Shown here: piece after piece, positions 25,780 to 40,041 of the stretch
Layout: every line of letters starts with the position of its first letter
How positions within the stretch are numbered: the stretch's first letter is position 1
Assembly (NCBI GenBank): GCA_964016885.1
Contig: OZ024743.1
Span: 39,866,001 to 39,930,000, forward strand
Origin: Eledone cirrhosa
Lineage: Eukaryota
DNA length: 64,000 nt
Direction: 5' to 3'
Made by a program: the position numbers and the translations under genes
The notes under the pieces: generated by a model
Database searches by the model: none
Told to the model about the DNA's origin: nothing
Seen by the model: only the letters and a program-made list of their open reading frames with translations

Positions 25780-26140
25780 ATTTAATGCTGGTCTATATTT
25801 TTGAATAAACATATTTTGCTTATTTATTCGTCTTTGTTCTGTTGTATTGTCAGCGCCAAGATAAAATAGGAAGACTTGGGAATTGGGTGTCTTATTACTT
25901 GCCCATATGTCTAGATGTGCACTTAGTTGGATCTCGTAATTATTGGCGTTGAACTGTCGTTCTGTTTCTGAGTATGAGTATAGTTTGTCCTATATAATCT
26001 TCATTGCAACCTTTACATTTAATTGCATGAATTAGATTTTTTGATGAGCAAGTGAAGTGATTTTTTACAGCAAAATGTCCTGATTGAAATGTTGCCTTCA
26101 ATGAGGTGAGTGCAGGTTCAACAATTAGAGCGCCCACATT
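25780..26140 (-). pseudogene. Neptune-type PLE GIY-YIG endonuclease fragment
   Basis: FAVKNHFTCSSKNLIHAIKCKGCNEDYIGQT...RTTVQRQ. Confidence 0.8.
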
Positions 26141-26289
26141 TTGACAGTTGGGTGATTTTTATAAACAATCTTCAGTAATCATCACCATCAATATCACTTT
26201 TATTATTATTAATGTTGTTGTTGTTGTTAGTTGTGGTAGTCGACATGGTCGTAGGCGTAATCATAGTAGGAGTAATACCCCTAAGCATT

Positions 26290-26412
26290 ATTCTGAGTTC
26301 AAATCCCGCCGTGGTTAACTTTGCCTTTCATCCTTACGGGGTCGATAAAATAAAGTACCAGTAACGTAATGGGTAATTGCTGGCCTTGTGCCAATAGTAG
26401 AAACAATTATTA
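26290..26412 (+). mobile_element. Partial tRNA-derived SINE
   Basis: GAGTTCAAATCCCGCC followed by the SINE core. Confidence 0.8.
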
Positions 26413-26419
26413 TTGTTCA

Positions 26420-26990
26420 TTTAGCTTGGGTTGGACTTTATCAATAAAATTCTCTTATTTAATTTTTCTCTTGATTTCACTTGGGCTGTGCAATTTGTAG
26501 AATGGAAATATTAATATTTTCTGACCACATATTGCTAGATGTTTACTCAAGGATGGACATTTGGTTCTCTGATTTGCTGTAGGTGCACCCTTGCACGTTC
26601 CGATAGTACATTTCCAGTTTGACCGACATATAGTTCATCACAATTCGGGCTTTTAATGCAGTAAATTAGATTTATGCTTTTTGCAGTTCATATTTGCATT
26701 TGGGAATATTTTTCCAGTTTTTGTGTTCATATATTGACCGGTGTGTATGGATTGACATGTGCCACATCGACTATCATTGCATTTAGATACAGTGAATAAT
26801 TGTACTTTGCTGTTAAGGTCAAACTTTGCCTTTATTAGTAATTGCTTCAAATTGTTCGGTTGTCTTTTACTAAGAGTCAAAATCGGTCTGTGATTAAACC
26901 TTTTAATTCATTACATTGAGCAATGATCGGTAGGTTTGCTTTGGCAGTGTTGAAGATATTCTGGTGACATGGGTTGTGTGTCATTATTAA
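26420..26990 (-). pseudogene. Second Neptune-type PLE linker/endonuclease fragment
   Basis: SKRQPNNLKQLLIKAKF...KCNDSRCGTC...NANMNCK; ELYVGQTG in a shifted frame. Confidence 0.8.
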
Positions 26991-27338
26991 GGACAAAATG
27001 AAAACACACACACACATAGAACAAACAACTAACCAGTAACATGTAAATAAACAAATAAATAAACAAATAAAAACACACACAGACACTCGGATGTAACACA
27101 CACACAAACAAGATGGCGTAGGACAGAACAAAGGAGAGGCACAAAACAAAGAAAAGAATCCCCAGTCACTGAAGAGGTCACAAGATGTGTGATAAAAGAA
27201 CTGTGACAATATATGAACTCCCGTCCGGTTGTGGAACCAACCAACCAACCGGAAATTATTAAATTCTTAAATCTTTAAATTAAATTTATAATAAATTGGA
27301 GTGGAGAGCATCTGGTGCGTGTGTTACTTATTGGCAAC

Positions 27339-27416
27339 ATGACCCTCCCAAAGTATAACAATACCGGTTTCAACACACGTTTTCAGATAAAGAATCTTGC
27401 TAAGCAAATTCAGAAA

Positions 27417-27422
<6 letters not shown>
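27339..27422 (+). mobile_element. PLE terminal fragment encoding the first 28 codons of an ORF related to 55959
   Basis: MTLPKYNNTGFNTRFQIKNLAKQIQKRY, then (TA)n. Confidence 0.8.
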
Positions 27423-27723
<301 letters not shown>

Positions 27724-29019
27724 TATTTATTTAGTTAATTTATATTTTTTAATTGTACGGTCTGTGTACTTGTTTATATAACTTGTTTAATTTCTTTAAA
27801 TATTGAAGCAGCTATATATATTTATTCTATATGCAATTCATATATACTAACCTGTCTATTTATATATGTAGAAGTTATAAATTGTAAGTGTCTGTGAGTT
27901 CTGTTTATTTTAATTCATTTAATAAGATATCTTTACTTACGTTTTTGAAACAATTTTCACAATATATGTATTAGATTATATGCCCATCGCTCTCTCTCTC
28001 TCTCACTGTCTCTCTCACTCTCTCACTCTCTTTCTCTCTCCATATATATATGTATGTGTGTGTGCGTGTGTGTGTGTGTGTGTGCGTGCGTGCGCGTCTG
28101 TGTGCATGTGAGTGTGTGTGTACGTATAATTGTGGATGTATATATACGTTGTACTCGTGATCTGAAGTTCTTATCAACTGTCATATCTCACAATTCTTGT
28201 TGTTGTTGTTGTTGTTGCTGTTGCTGTTGTTGTTGTTGTTGTTGTTCTTCTTCTTCTTCTTCTTCAAACAATAGTTCAGCTAATATCGAATCCAGCACAT
28301 GCTTCACTTGTTGTCAATAGCGACGTTAATAATGCTAGTGCGAATGTCATTGCTGTTGAGATTATTCTTGAAGAAGACACCCCAAACAATCCCCACTGAC
28401 TATAAACCCATCAGAAACTATGTTGCCAAGTAATAGTGAATTTGTTACTTTCTACAAATTTCCGTTACAATCCTTTAATTTCATATCTACCCTTCCCCTC
28501 TCCCTTTCCCCATTTGGTTCTCTTCTCGCTCTTCTTTTCTGTTTCTCTTTATCACCAAACTCCCTTTTCACTTTTGTTGTAAATCGTTTCCTGCAACCAT
28601 CCCCGTTGATTAGTTACCTTTAAATAGAAAGTTATAATTATCCGTCTAAAAGATCTTTATATAAATATTTGTGGTTCTTTTACCTAATCCCGTTATCCAC
28701 CTACCCTACATAGAACCAATTAATAAGTGCATAAATAAAAGAAACAAAAAACAAAACAAAAAAACAAGGGACGACTCTCAACAGTTTAGACGTGCATCAC
28801 ACATGTAAAATCGCTTAACTGAGGAGATGTCGAAGAAAAGCCGGGCTTCGATCGCCATGAACACACCCGAGCTGATCAATATTGAAACAATTGTAATATG
28901 CAAATAAGTGTTCTACACAATCTGCAAATCTGACTTCAATAATGTTCATTACACACGAACACACGCGCAAACGCACACACGAACACACGCATATATACAT
29001 ATATATATATATATACAAT

Positions 29020-29100
29020 ATGACCCTCCCCGAGTATAACAATATTTGTTTCGACACACGATTTCATATCAAAAACCTCGCAAAACTAATTCATCGCCGT

Positions 29101-29103
<3 letters not shown>
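29020..29103 (+). mobile_element. PLE terminal fragment nearly identical to the first 28 codons of ORF 55959
   Basis: MTLPEYNNICFDTRFHIKNLAKLIHRRY between two (TA)n tracts. Confidence 0.85.
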
Positions 29104-29131
<28 letters not shown>

Positions 29132-29270
29132 GTATATATGTATATATAATAGAGAAGAACGAGGAAGTAACTTTTACATACACAAGAAAACTCTAACCCT
29201 ATCCCACTCCACTACTCTAAGCATTGAGTACTCTGGTGCGTTATGGTCCACCTGGTATCTTACCACACCG

Positions 29271-29307
<37 letters not shown>

Positions 29308-29309
29308 CA

Positions 29310-29760
29310 ACGGAGCTTGACGCAATCAAATGAGGCTACACCAAGAGGATTGGGACGATGAAGTAGGTAAGATACTGAGAGAGGCTAAAAGAATTGAACC
29401 TCTACTTCTTGGAACGAAGACGTGAGAGATACGCAGTGATATACATGTGGAAAATCCTGGAGGCACTAAAACCAGACTTTGGCATTGGAAGCTGGGTCAA
29501 CGTAACCCTGTGGTGCCAAAGGTTTCAAGGGCCCTCACGTTATCAACAAGCTGCCGAGGGATTTGAGAGATCTGTATGGTGTGGACGTGGATGTTTTCAA
29601 GAAACATCTCGGGACCTTGCTATCCAGGATCCCGGATAAGACCACAGTACGGCACGAGGGAAACCTAAGGGTAGCAGGAACGAACTGCCTCTTGCATCAG
29701 TGGCCAACCAATACAGGCTGGAGATAAAATATGTAGCAACAAGGGTGGTGTCCCAACATG
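29310..29760 (+). pseudogene. CR1/L2-type LINE 3' fragment
   Basis: Y*ERLKELNLYFLERRRERYAVIYMWKILE, a typical CR1-group ORF2 C-terminal motif. Confidence 0.7.
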
Positions 29761-29816
29761 CCTCCGCCGGATAGCTGGAACAGGTAAAAGAGTAACAGAG
29801 TAAGAGAGTAAATATA

Positions 29817-29875
<59 letters not shown>

Positions 29876-29934
29876 TCATTTCTTCCTTCTACTGTACCGT
29901 TGCTTTTGTTAATTCGGTTTACCTTTTACCTATA

Positions 29935-30128
29935 TACGAGGGCAATCTCAAAAGTAAGGTCTCCTTCCGATAGTGCAACTTCCGATAGTGCAAGTTTTCC
30001 GTTAAAATCCTATGAATGTGGCTTCGGGAAACCTCAGGAACCAAAATGGAGAGATCATCCAGAGTGGTTTGCGAAGTTTACGCACGTTTTCCTTGGAAAT
30101 AGACCTTACTTTTGGGATTGCCCTCGTA
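29935..30128. mobile_element. Mariner-type MITE with TIRs, flanked by TA
   Basis: TACGAGGGCAATCTCAAAAGTAAGGTCT ... AGACCTTACTTTTGGGATTGCCCTCGTA. Confidence 0.85.
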
Positions 30129-30130
30129 TA

Positions 30131-30346
30131 TAATAACTGCGCGAAATACGCACTTCGCGGTAGCGTTCAACGGGAGCTCCATTCTTAACGGCTGCCAAGA
30201 CAAGGTTGAGCATCCCAGCGAAGCGCGCGCATGCTTGTTTGGGAGTGAAGGAAGTACCAATCACAACAGTGTTGCCAACAGCCGTACGAACAGTTTCTCT
30301 GCGTCCCCATCGCTTTGGACACCTTACTTTTCGGATTACCCTCGTA
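30131..30346 (-). mobile_element. 5' end of a mariner transposon (TIR + start of transposase)
   Basis: Minus-strand TIR TACGAGGGTAATCCGAAAAGTAAGGT, then MELPLNATAKCVFRAVI, resembling a mariner transposase N-terminus. Confidence 0.7.
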
Positions 30347-30350
30347 TACA

Positions 30351-30381
<31 letters not shown>

Positions 30382-30914
30382 TGATATAGCTATTTATTCA
30401 GTTAATTCATATTCTCTATTCGTACGTTTTGTGTACTTTTTTATATAACTTATATCATTTCTTTAAATATTGAAGCAGCTATATATGTTTATTCTATATG
30501 TAATTCATATAGACTAACCTGTCTATGTATGTATGTAGGAGTAAACAAAATTGTAAATGTCTGTGACTTCTGTTTATTTTATTTCATTTAATATATTTTG
30601 TTTTATTAAGTTAACTTTGCCTGGTTATCTTTTTGATAAAATTTCACAATATATGTATTTGAATATATATGGATGTATGAGTATGTATGCATGTGTTTAC
30701 ATATGCCTATATATGTATATATGTATGCCTAAGTTTCTATATATATATGACATTTAAATAGATGTCCATCGATCTATTTCTCTCTCTCTCTCTCTCTCTC
30801 AATCTCTCTCTCCCTCTCTCTATCTCTCTCTCTCTATCTCTCTATTTCTCTCTCTATCTCTCTATTCATATATATATATATATATACATATATATGTGTG
30901 TGTGTGTGCGTATG

Positions 30915-30980
<66 letters not shown>

Positions 30981-30981
30981 G

Positions 30982-31012
<31 letters not shown>

Positions 31013-31045
31013 GATATATATATATAGATATTTATATATATATAG

Positions 31046-31077
<32 letters not shown>

Positions 31078-31079
31078 AG

Positions 31080-31193
<114 letters not shown>

Positions 31194-31220
31194 CTATATA
31201 TATATAATTATATTTAAATA

Positions 31221-31251
<31 letters not shown>

Positions 31252-31289
31252 ATATATATATATATATACTGTATACATATATATATGTA

Positions 31290-31369
<80 letters not shown>

Positions 31370-31857
31370 ATCATATAAATGTGTTTTGTCATTACAGATA
31401 ATTGTAAGGAAACAATTTACATAGTATACTGACATGATTTTATAATCTTTCAGTTATTTTTAACATACTTTTATGAAACTATCTTTACATTTTTTTTCTA
31501 AAATATTTGTGTATTTTCATTATATATAAATATATGCAGAGTTTCTTTTCAATATTTTCTTATATTTTCCTATGTGTTCGTGTATCACAATATTAATTCA
31601 TAAAACTACACAATACACCAAATATGAGGAATTATCCTAATATGTTCTGTCAAAATCCATCTATCCATCTGTTTATACATAGCGTTCCTAAGTGAAGTAA
31701 AGGTTTTCTGGCTTTGTATTTCGGAAGTTCAGAACATATCACTATATATATATAAATGACGGACGTGAAAATGAGTTTTCTCAAATGCAGTGTTTTGGGT
31801 CTCTTTGCTCTAAAGTTTAATCTGTCTCCTGACAGGTTCATCAGAAAAGACTCTCGT

Positions 31858-31936
<79 letters not shown>

Positions 31937-32087
31937 CGACAGTCGAATGAATTTCGTCAATTCGGACCGAGGAAACAATACTCCTTTGGCCTTTCCAATT
32001 GCTAATATTATCTATCGGTCGCAACTCCAGGCAGAAGGAGGAACGTGAAATAAAGTGTCTTGCACAAGGACATAACGCATCGCTTTC

Positions 32088-32119
<32 letters not shown>

Positions 32120-32129
32120 GTGTGTGTGA

Positions 32130-32160
<31 letters not shown>

Positions 32161-32207
32161 CATGTATATATATGTGTATATATATATATACATATATATA
32201 TATTTAT

Positions 32208-32270
<63 letters not shown>

Positions 32271-32280
32271 CATATATATA

Positions 32281-32357
<77 letters not shown>

Positions 32358-32707
32358 TTATATATATAGAGAATAACAAGCTATGGTTTAAGGTAATCCA
32401 GCTAGAGGTATCTATGAATACCATTGCCCTGTCTTATATATGAACCAATTTCCTTTTGATTTGATTAGGCATAGACTGTAATTAATGTCGAGTGACGTAA
32501 CTTCTAACGACCACCGTCTTTTACACTCACCTGATTTTCGAAATAATTGTTAATAATGTACATAATCCCTTTTATGCAGCCGACCATGTTATTTTTCATT
32601 CTGTTACTATATATTTATATATGAAGATAGAGAAGAGAGAAAGAGTGAGAGTGAGGGAGAGAGAGAGAGTGAGAGTGAGAGAGAGAAAAAGAGAGAGAGA
32701 GAGAGTG

Positions 32708-32788
<81 letters not shown>

Positions 32789-32980
32789 AAGAGAAATCGA
32801 TCGGGAGACCGTTATATATATGAAGACAATAACATATTTAAACATAGAGTGTAGAATAAAACGTAGAAAATGAGACTTGAAATATGCCACACGCTAAATC
32901 CATAAAACTATACAGCAAAGTATGAAAATAATAATAAATATACATATACACACACACACACACATATATATATATACATG

Positions 32981-34350
32981 CACTATAGCACCAAATACAA
33001 AACGCAAACACATAACAACATCACAACCACAAACGCATCAGAACGCATCACAACAAAACCCTAATAGGCCTAAAACACAACCCACCCACAACAACTTACA
33101 AAACCGCAACGGTGCACCTGCACACAGAGAAACCTCAAATTGTAATTGCCACCTACCGGATAAGTGACCACTACGGAATAGATGCCTGGATTCGAGTATG
33201 GTATACCTGTGTACTGTAAATTCAGGCAACTCTACTTCGCACTACATAGTTTCCACGGCTGGGGAGTTCAAGAAAAAGGTGGTACGTCCACAGACACTCC
33301 AGGAAGAACCGTAGACTGGAGAACTCTACGACGCTCGCCAAAAAAACAAAAAACTAGAATATACGATTAGCTGGTCAACATTATCGCTAGCAAAAGCCTA
33401 CAGCAACGGAATGTCCCACTGCAGACTACTACATATTTTAAGGTATGATGGGCTGCTGTCTAACAGCAAAACAGAAATATTAGTTTTCTGTAGACATAAA
33501 ACAGCTACCAGATTCACAAACTTCAAACCACCATGATTTGAACCGGCAATCCCCAAATTAGAACTGAACCACCTAGATTTTAGTATATAGAATTTACACC
33601 ATCGCACTGCTATTAGCTGTCAAACGGCCAACTGGTCACTGGATCATATATCTCTTAACATCTCTTTCAGCCTGTCTTCCTGAAAAAGCATCAACCCATT
33701 AAGATAGAACATTCAACAAAACATTTACAACAACCGTTTGTCCAACGTCCCTTCACCCCTAGCCGATAAATCTCATACATGTATCCAGCAATTAATCTTT
33801 AATTTATTGTTTTTTTCTTTTATTTGTCACAGCATCGGTCCCACTAGACGGATCTATGTACATCTCGAATCTGGTTTTTTCATGTTAGCACTAAACGCAC
33901 CAAGGACTCCTTATAAGAACACTTACTCAAAACTACTACAAACATAGTATGTACTTACATTCTCTCACTTATCCTTATTGATTTCTTTATATTTTCAATT
34001 TTCTTATTTTCTTACCTTTTTAATCTATCCTATATTATCTTTTACTTTTTACATTTAACATCTGTAACTTCTCTACATATTTACCATAATTGTTTTATTA
34101 TTGATGTTATTGTTTTGATTATACGCTATTTTTCTATATATGTCTTGCCTCGAGTGAATTATTTTTATATCTACGTACACTGATGTGCTGACCAGAGGTA
34201 AATAATGTATTGGAGCCCGAGTGAGGCAACTTCAAGCGATTAACGAACTCTTGACTCACCTGGTCAACGAAATAATTGCCAGTAATTTATATAAAGCCCC
34301 TTATTGTACAGCCAACCATGTTACTCTTCATTCTTTCACTATATATATAT
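32981..34350 (+). mobile_element. Decayed Naiad-type PLE 3' portion with 3' UTR and a decayed long-stem-II hammerhead (~34175-34285)
   Basis: SNCNCHLPDK*PLRNRCLDSSMVYLCTV; paralog of 11590-12960. Confidence 0.8.
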
Positions 34351-34433
34351 ATATATGTGTGTATATACATGTCCCAAGGCTCTGATACCATCAACACTAT
34401 ACACACAGAGCTGGCATATATAAGAACTGACTA

Positions 34434-34489
34434 ACTGCCTGATGAGGTCATAGCCATTCAATGGCTATCATCGAAATATATATAGCAGT
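34434..34489 (+). ncRNA. Minimal type I hammerhead ribozyme, intact
   Basis: actgc CTGATGA ggtc-atagccat-tca-atggctat-catc GAAA tatata TA gcagt; palindromic stem III ATATATAT. Confidence 0.85.
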
Positions 34490-34530
34490 AGATAAAGGAT
34501 TATGACTTCATGCAATTGACTTATGTTTCG

Positions 34531-34597
<67 letters not shown>

Positions 34598-35138
34598 GTG
34601 TGTGTGTGTGGGGGTGTGTGCCTGTATAGGTGTATATACATTCATGAGTTCTCGAACGTTATGAATGATCGTTTATCTATCTTCTAAATCTTGAGACAGA
34701 AAGTGGAAATCTTTACTATATGAGAACTATGATATGTAATAGGACAGAGAAGCAAAAGAGTAATTTATAATTACAATTTTGTTTTCATTGTTTCCAATGT
34801 GTTGTAACGAAATACTGACACATTCGTGTTTAAAATTATCGCAATTTTCACGATATGTCTAAGATTGTTAAAAGTGATGACTTATTACAAAATGGTTTCC
34901 TTGAGTTGTTACGCACACACATACACACACACACGCGCGCGTACATACTCACACACACAGAGAGACACTCACACACACAGACACACACGCGCGCGCGGGC
35001 ATATCTATATATCTATATACATATATATATACATATATATGTATGTGTATATATGTGTATGTATGTATGTACACATAAATATTTTTCCTATATTTTGATG
35101 ACTAACATTTCAGAATCTTTGATTAAGTAAGTGAATTC

Positions 35139-35196
<58 letters not shown>

Positions 35197-35344
35197 TAAT
35201 GTAGAAAATATGTTTAAGAAAATTAAGATAATGCAAATTGGCTGGAAAATGAAGGCAAAGAAAAACTTTTATCTGATATTTGTTATTATTACCTTATATC
35301 TTCTGTAGAACAAGCTCCGATACATTTGTACTTCTCCATTTGCT

Positions 35345-35919
35345 TGAGCTGTCTGCACTAGGAGGCGTAATTAAGTGCAGGAATTGTAGGAGCTGGCAAA
35401 TTACTGCACCAGCTTGAGCATTCGCTAAGCAGAAGTATGGAGGTAGGTGTAAAAACCAAACTCGCTATCTCCAATTCAGTATTCGTACCATCTCTAAGCT
35501 ATCGCCATACATCATATGTAATTACCAAAACAGTACGATCCCGAACACAAGCGGTCAAAATGGAGTTCTTTGGAAGAGTATTTGGAATAATGTTACTTCG
35601 TAGAGTGGGTAACTTGGAAATCAGAGAGTGGCTCCTGTTAGCACCACTACTTCCCCGAATTGAGAATTCACAGCGATATTATGGTCATGGGGTGTCTCAG
35701 GAAAGAATCAGTCGACCAATTTTACGGTAAATCAACTGATAGGAGACCTGGGGTTGTATCTAGAGCAAGATGGTTTATTAACATACCTGAGCTCGGTTGT
35801 TCTTTCTTGGAGATCCAAACCAATTAGATAGATACAATTACTTCTACGAGGCCGCGCTGGAAGGATAGCAAAGAAGAAGAAGAAGAAGAAGAAGAAGAAG
35901 AAGAAGAAGAAGAAGAAGA
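35345..35919 (+). mobile_element. RTE-clade LINE 3' fragment with (GAA)n tail
   Basis: KTKLAISNSVFVPSLSY...RSRTQAVKMEFFGRV...NLEIRE; tail at ~35870-35919. Confidence 0.75.
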
Positions 35920-36321
35920 ATGCATATAATGTATTATCGATGACAATAACAATAACCGTAACAAGTATTATTTTCGAACAATAAGTAGAAAGTTCTAAAC
36001 TCTAGTTCCTCCCATTACAGAACAAGGTTTACAAGTAATATGAATGACATTTTCAGCTGACTAGTTTTACGTCTTTGATTATTCAAAAGATGAAATCGAA
36101 TTTAGCCTTAATCCGAAACTGTTTCTCATTCATTTAATACACCTTTTTTCACTCTGCGGTAGCATTTGAATACTGTGTATGTATAAGCCAAATACACATA
36201 CGTATACACATCGGGATAAGCACGCACACACACCCACACGGTCACTCACACACATGCGCACTGAAGCAGACAAGCACGCGCACACACACACGCGCGCACA
36301 AACAGACACACATTATATATA

Positions 36322-36500
36322 TTGGATTGGCAGTATGAGTAGAGGGTCGGACGCCATGCTTTCTAGCATAGTTACGTCCCTTTACAGACTGAGTTCAAAT
36401 CCCACCGAGGTTAACTTTGTTTTTCATCCTTACGGGGTCGATAAAATAAAGTACTTGTAATGTACTGGGTAATTGCTGGCCTTGTGCCAAATGTAGAATC

Positions 36501-36503
<3 letters not shown>
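36322..36503 (+). mobile_element. tRNA-derived SINE
   Basis: Box A/B and the same core as 13729-14705. Confidence 0.85.
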
Positions 36504-36591
<88 letters not shown>

Positions 36592-36992
36592 GGCTAAACT
36601 GCAGCATGACGTCTGAAGAAGTCGAGCCATCTAAGTAACGATTACGTAATACCATACAAGCACCTCATGATTCATCTCATATTGTTTGTCATCTAAGTAA
36701 ACTAGAACGGAAATGACTTTTCTTTAGCAGCCAAAGTGTCACCAAACCCTGGGAAATATTTCAACGTTATAAGCTTTGGGACATTTTATCAATTATCACA
36801 TTATTTATTAAAATCAATTTTAAGTAAGGATTATGAAGCGATTTACGGGAGAGGACATTTGATTCCATCGACATCAATATTTGATGGTACTTTATTTTAA
36901 AGTCTGCTGAAGATGAATGGCGAAATAGACTTCGGTGTTATTTGAACTCACTAGTAATAACACACAACTGATAACACAAATCATATTGTTCG

Positions 36993-37111
36993 GCCCCGTA
37001 AGGATGAAAGGCAAAGTTATCCTCGGCGGGATTTTAACTCAGTACGTAAAGGGACGTAACTGTGCTGCATAGCATGGCGTCCGACATTCTACCGATAATG
37101 ACAATCCACCA
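36993..37111 (-). mobile_element. tRNA-derived SINE, partial; another decayed copy at ~36845-36950
   Basis: CCCCGTAAGGATGAAAGGCAAAG reverse core. Confidence 0.8.
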
Positions 37112-37413
37112 TTTCTAGATAATGAAACCCTACACGTACACAAATTCCTTTGACGTGAAAACGTACCCCAACATGTTTCTCTGTCAAGTATCTATTTACG
37201 TCAGATTTATACAAACAAATGTGAATGTATATGTCCCTAAATTGAACAAAACGAATCTAGTATATTTGGTTATTCACGTTCTAATAAGTAGTATTTTATA
37301 CATACACACATCTGCAGACGCATAGAGATATTCACATCGGAATACATGCAGACAAATACATAAATACATACACACACAGACACAGTCAAACACACACATC
37401 AATATACATACAT

Positions 37414-37470
<57 letters not shown>

Positions 37471-37497
37471 TGGTTACACAACAGTTAGTTCACCATA

Positions 37498-37537
37498 CCG
37501 AGAACAATTGTTTCACCTTAGCGGATCTTCAGCTCGG
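37498..37537 (-). ncRNA. Minimal hammerhead in the 3' pLTR, intact, GUU triplet
   Basis: Minus strand: ccgag CTGAAGA t-cc-gctaa-gg-t GAAA caattg TT ctcgg; palindromic stem III ACAATTGT. Confidence 0.85.
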
Positions 37538-37721
37538 GATGTGTACGGTTACAGGAACAGGAAGGACAACCGTACGAATGCGCATGCGCAGAAAACGGTC
37601 ACGTCACACAGGCAATACTAGGCTGCGTGCGAGAGGTGTAAGGGAGATAACTGCGAAAGTCCGGAAAGTTTTTAGGTTGAAAATAAAATAAAAATAAAAT
37701 TTAAAATAAAATTACAAAGAA

Positions 37722-39788
37722 TCAGTCCAGAGCCTTGTAGTTATGCAATAGATGTTTGATGACGTGTGGACAACGTGTGAAAAATTCACTCCTCGTGTTT
37801 AGGCAATTACTATTGCATAATCAATTTAGTATAGTTATTCCTTCGTCAATACATAAGCCACACGTCGGATTTCCCCTTTGCGTATGGCTTGGACTTGGTG
37901 ATGGCTTTCCATTGAATGGAGTAGCCTATAGTTGAGTCCTTGAGGGACCATACGTGGCTCGCGAGTTTCCTGGATGAACGTCTGTCCGGGTATCTGAAGG
38001 TAGACTGGTGGTTCAGGAAACGGTCCTTGAATCGGCCCTCCGCCATGCCCACATAGGATTTGACCTCCTGTGGTTCATTTGGTCGGTTAGAAGTGACCAC
38101 AGCTTCATAGATTAAAGCTGGTGTGTTGCATTGCTGTTGAAGGAGGCAAGCTTCAGGCTTACGGCAAGAGCACCTTGGTGGGGTGTTGCTCCTAGGGCTG
38201 CTGGTGATGTGGGCCTCCATGTTCTTAGCGCAGGCATATCCTAGTTTAAATTTGTGTCGGTTAAAGATGGAGCGGTATTTATGACATATGAGAAAGTGCC
38301 TATCTAAGAGGGCTAGAAATGATTTGCCTACATTGGTTTTAACGTTGAGTGAGAAGGGAGGAGAGAACCAGATAGTTTGTCTATTGTTGCGCTTACTTTC
38401 CTTAATGGTGTTGTTGCTAGTGGGAGAGTAAGTGATAGGTTGTCAGAAGCCGCTGTTAGCCAACGCCGTGTAATAGTAGGGTGCCGCCCTGTCAAAGATA
38501 GCCTTATTAGAGATGTTTGAGATTCTAGTACTGACATTCTTAACGAAGTTTCTAAAAACAGTGGGAGGGTGGCATGAGTCCTTCTGAATGTAATTTAGTT
38601 TCTCGTTTAGCATATGGAAGGGTCTGTGGGTGTGTGTGCGAATGTCTAAATTAATGTCTAAGAAATCTACGCTAGAGAGTTTGGTTGCTACTGTTATCCT
38701 AAGGCCTAACTCATTGAAGGTAGAAGCTAAGTCTTTTTTAAACCGGTCGAGGTCGTGATCACTTTTATGGCTCGATAAAGTCAGTTCATCGTCACGGTAT
38801 ATTCCCGTGTGGAAGTCCGGGAATCTAACACGTAATATGACTAAGATAAAAAGGCCAACCAAGTCACATACGTCAGCACTGTCAAACGATCCCATGGAGA
38901 CGTCGAACAGGTTTGAAGATGTAGACTTCTTTGCCCAGGCTACTCCGTCGTTGAAGAGGAGGGGTTTCTGATAGTGAGCGATGATTTCCCTATCTAAACC
39001 ATCGACGGTGGTATAAGTGGTTGCGAAGTCCAACGCTTTTTATAACAGGTTCTCTGAGATCGACGGGTAAAAATCGACAATGTCAAACTGTGTGAACTTC
39101 GCTTTTTTGGATTTTAAGGAGTTAAACCACTTAATTACGGAGTCACTGTTCTCCCACTGGGGCAGGTTGGACTTGGTCCTATTGGTCTTAATTATGTTTC
39201 AAAGTATGGTCTTACTGACTAGTCCCATATCTGTGCGTGCCGGGTTTATTAGTCTACATGTGGGTTTAGAAGTAAAGTCTACCTTGTGATCTTTCAGGGT
39301 GAGGAATGCCTCCCGCTTAGCTAGAGATTGTAGCTTCTTATCTACCTTAAGATCAGTGGCGACTTCCTTGGCTTCTGTATTAATGTCGTGGTAGGCCATA
39401 GGGTTAGCTTTCTTATATTTAGAAGTAATAGCGTTATGGGCCAGGTGGCGGAAAGTGGTGTTGTCGACTTCGTAAATATTATTAAATTTCTTAATATCGT
39501 TTCTGAGTTTCGTTTGAAAGGTGTTAGTGTGTTTGCGAAAGGAAATGTTACCGACTAAGTCAAGAAGGTCCGTCTCGAAAGGAGCAAGTTCGATTACCTT
39601 AGGAGGGTAGGCTCTCGATTTCAGGTTGATGGTGTTGTTGGTGCCTCTAATTTTGCCGTCGAAAGCTAGGGCTCGCCATCTAAGCGTCTGATGACATCTT
39701 CCGCTTTTTGTAGGACGAGCTTTTGGTAAACATGGTTGGAGGGAGTTGGAATGTTCTTCAGGGAGTAATTCAGTTCGTATAAATCCAT
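37722..39788 (-). pseudogene. Frameshifted Naiad RT/GIY-YIG ORF
   Basis: MDLYELNYSLKNIPTP...; LTLKDHK; CRLINPA; MGSFDSADVCDLVGL; GIYRDD; CSCRKPEACLLQQQC; SYVGMAEGRFKDRF. Confidence 0.92.
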
Positions 39789-40041
39789 ACTGACGTTGAT
39801 GAGACTCAAACTTGTCTAGGACACGAGGATATATAGAGCGCTCTCAGGGTAGTAAACCAAACTCGCACGTGGTGAAGAACCTGCTAAAAGCCTAACTTCT
39901 ACGTAGTGAGGAGAATCTGCTGACCGCTGCTGGAGACCTAGATAATGGTGGAACACTGGAAGGTAATATCCGTAGTGGTAGAGCACTCAGTCCGAGGGAC
40001 GAGTTAGGTAGAAGTGGTTACACAACAGTTAGTTCAACATA

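Noticed and set aside
27163-27207. gtca CTGAAGA ggtcaca...tgac hammerhead-like motif
   Set aside because: GAAA core not recoverable; at most a decayed relic.
31797-31853. Minus-strand CTGATGA...TAAA motif with stems I and II
   Set aside because: G12 is mutated and stem III/the cleavage triplet are unclear; counted only as a decayed copy.
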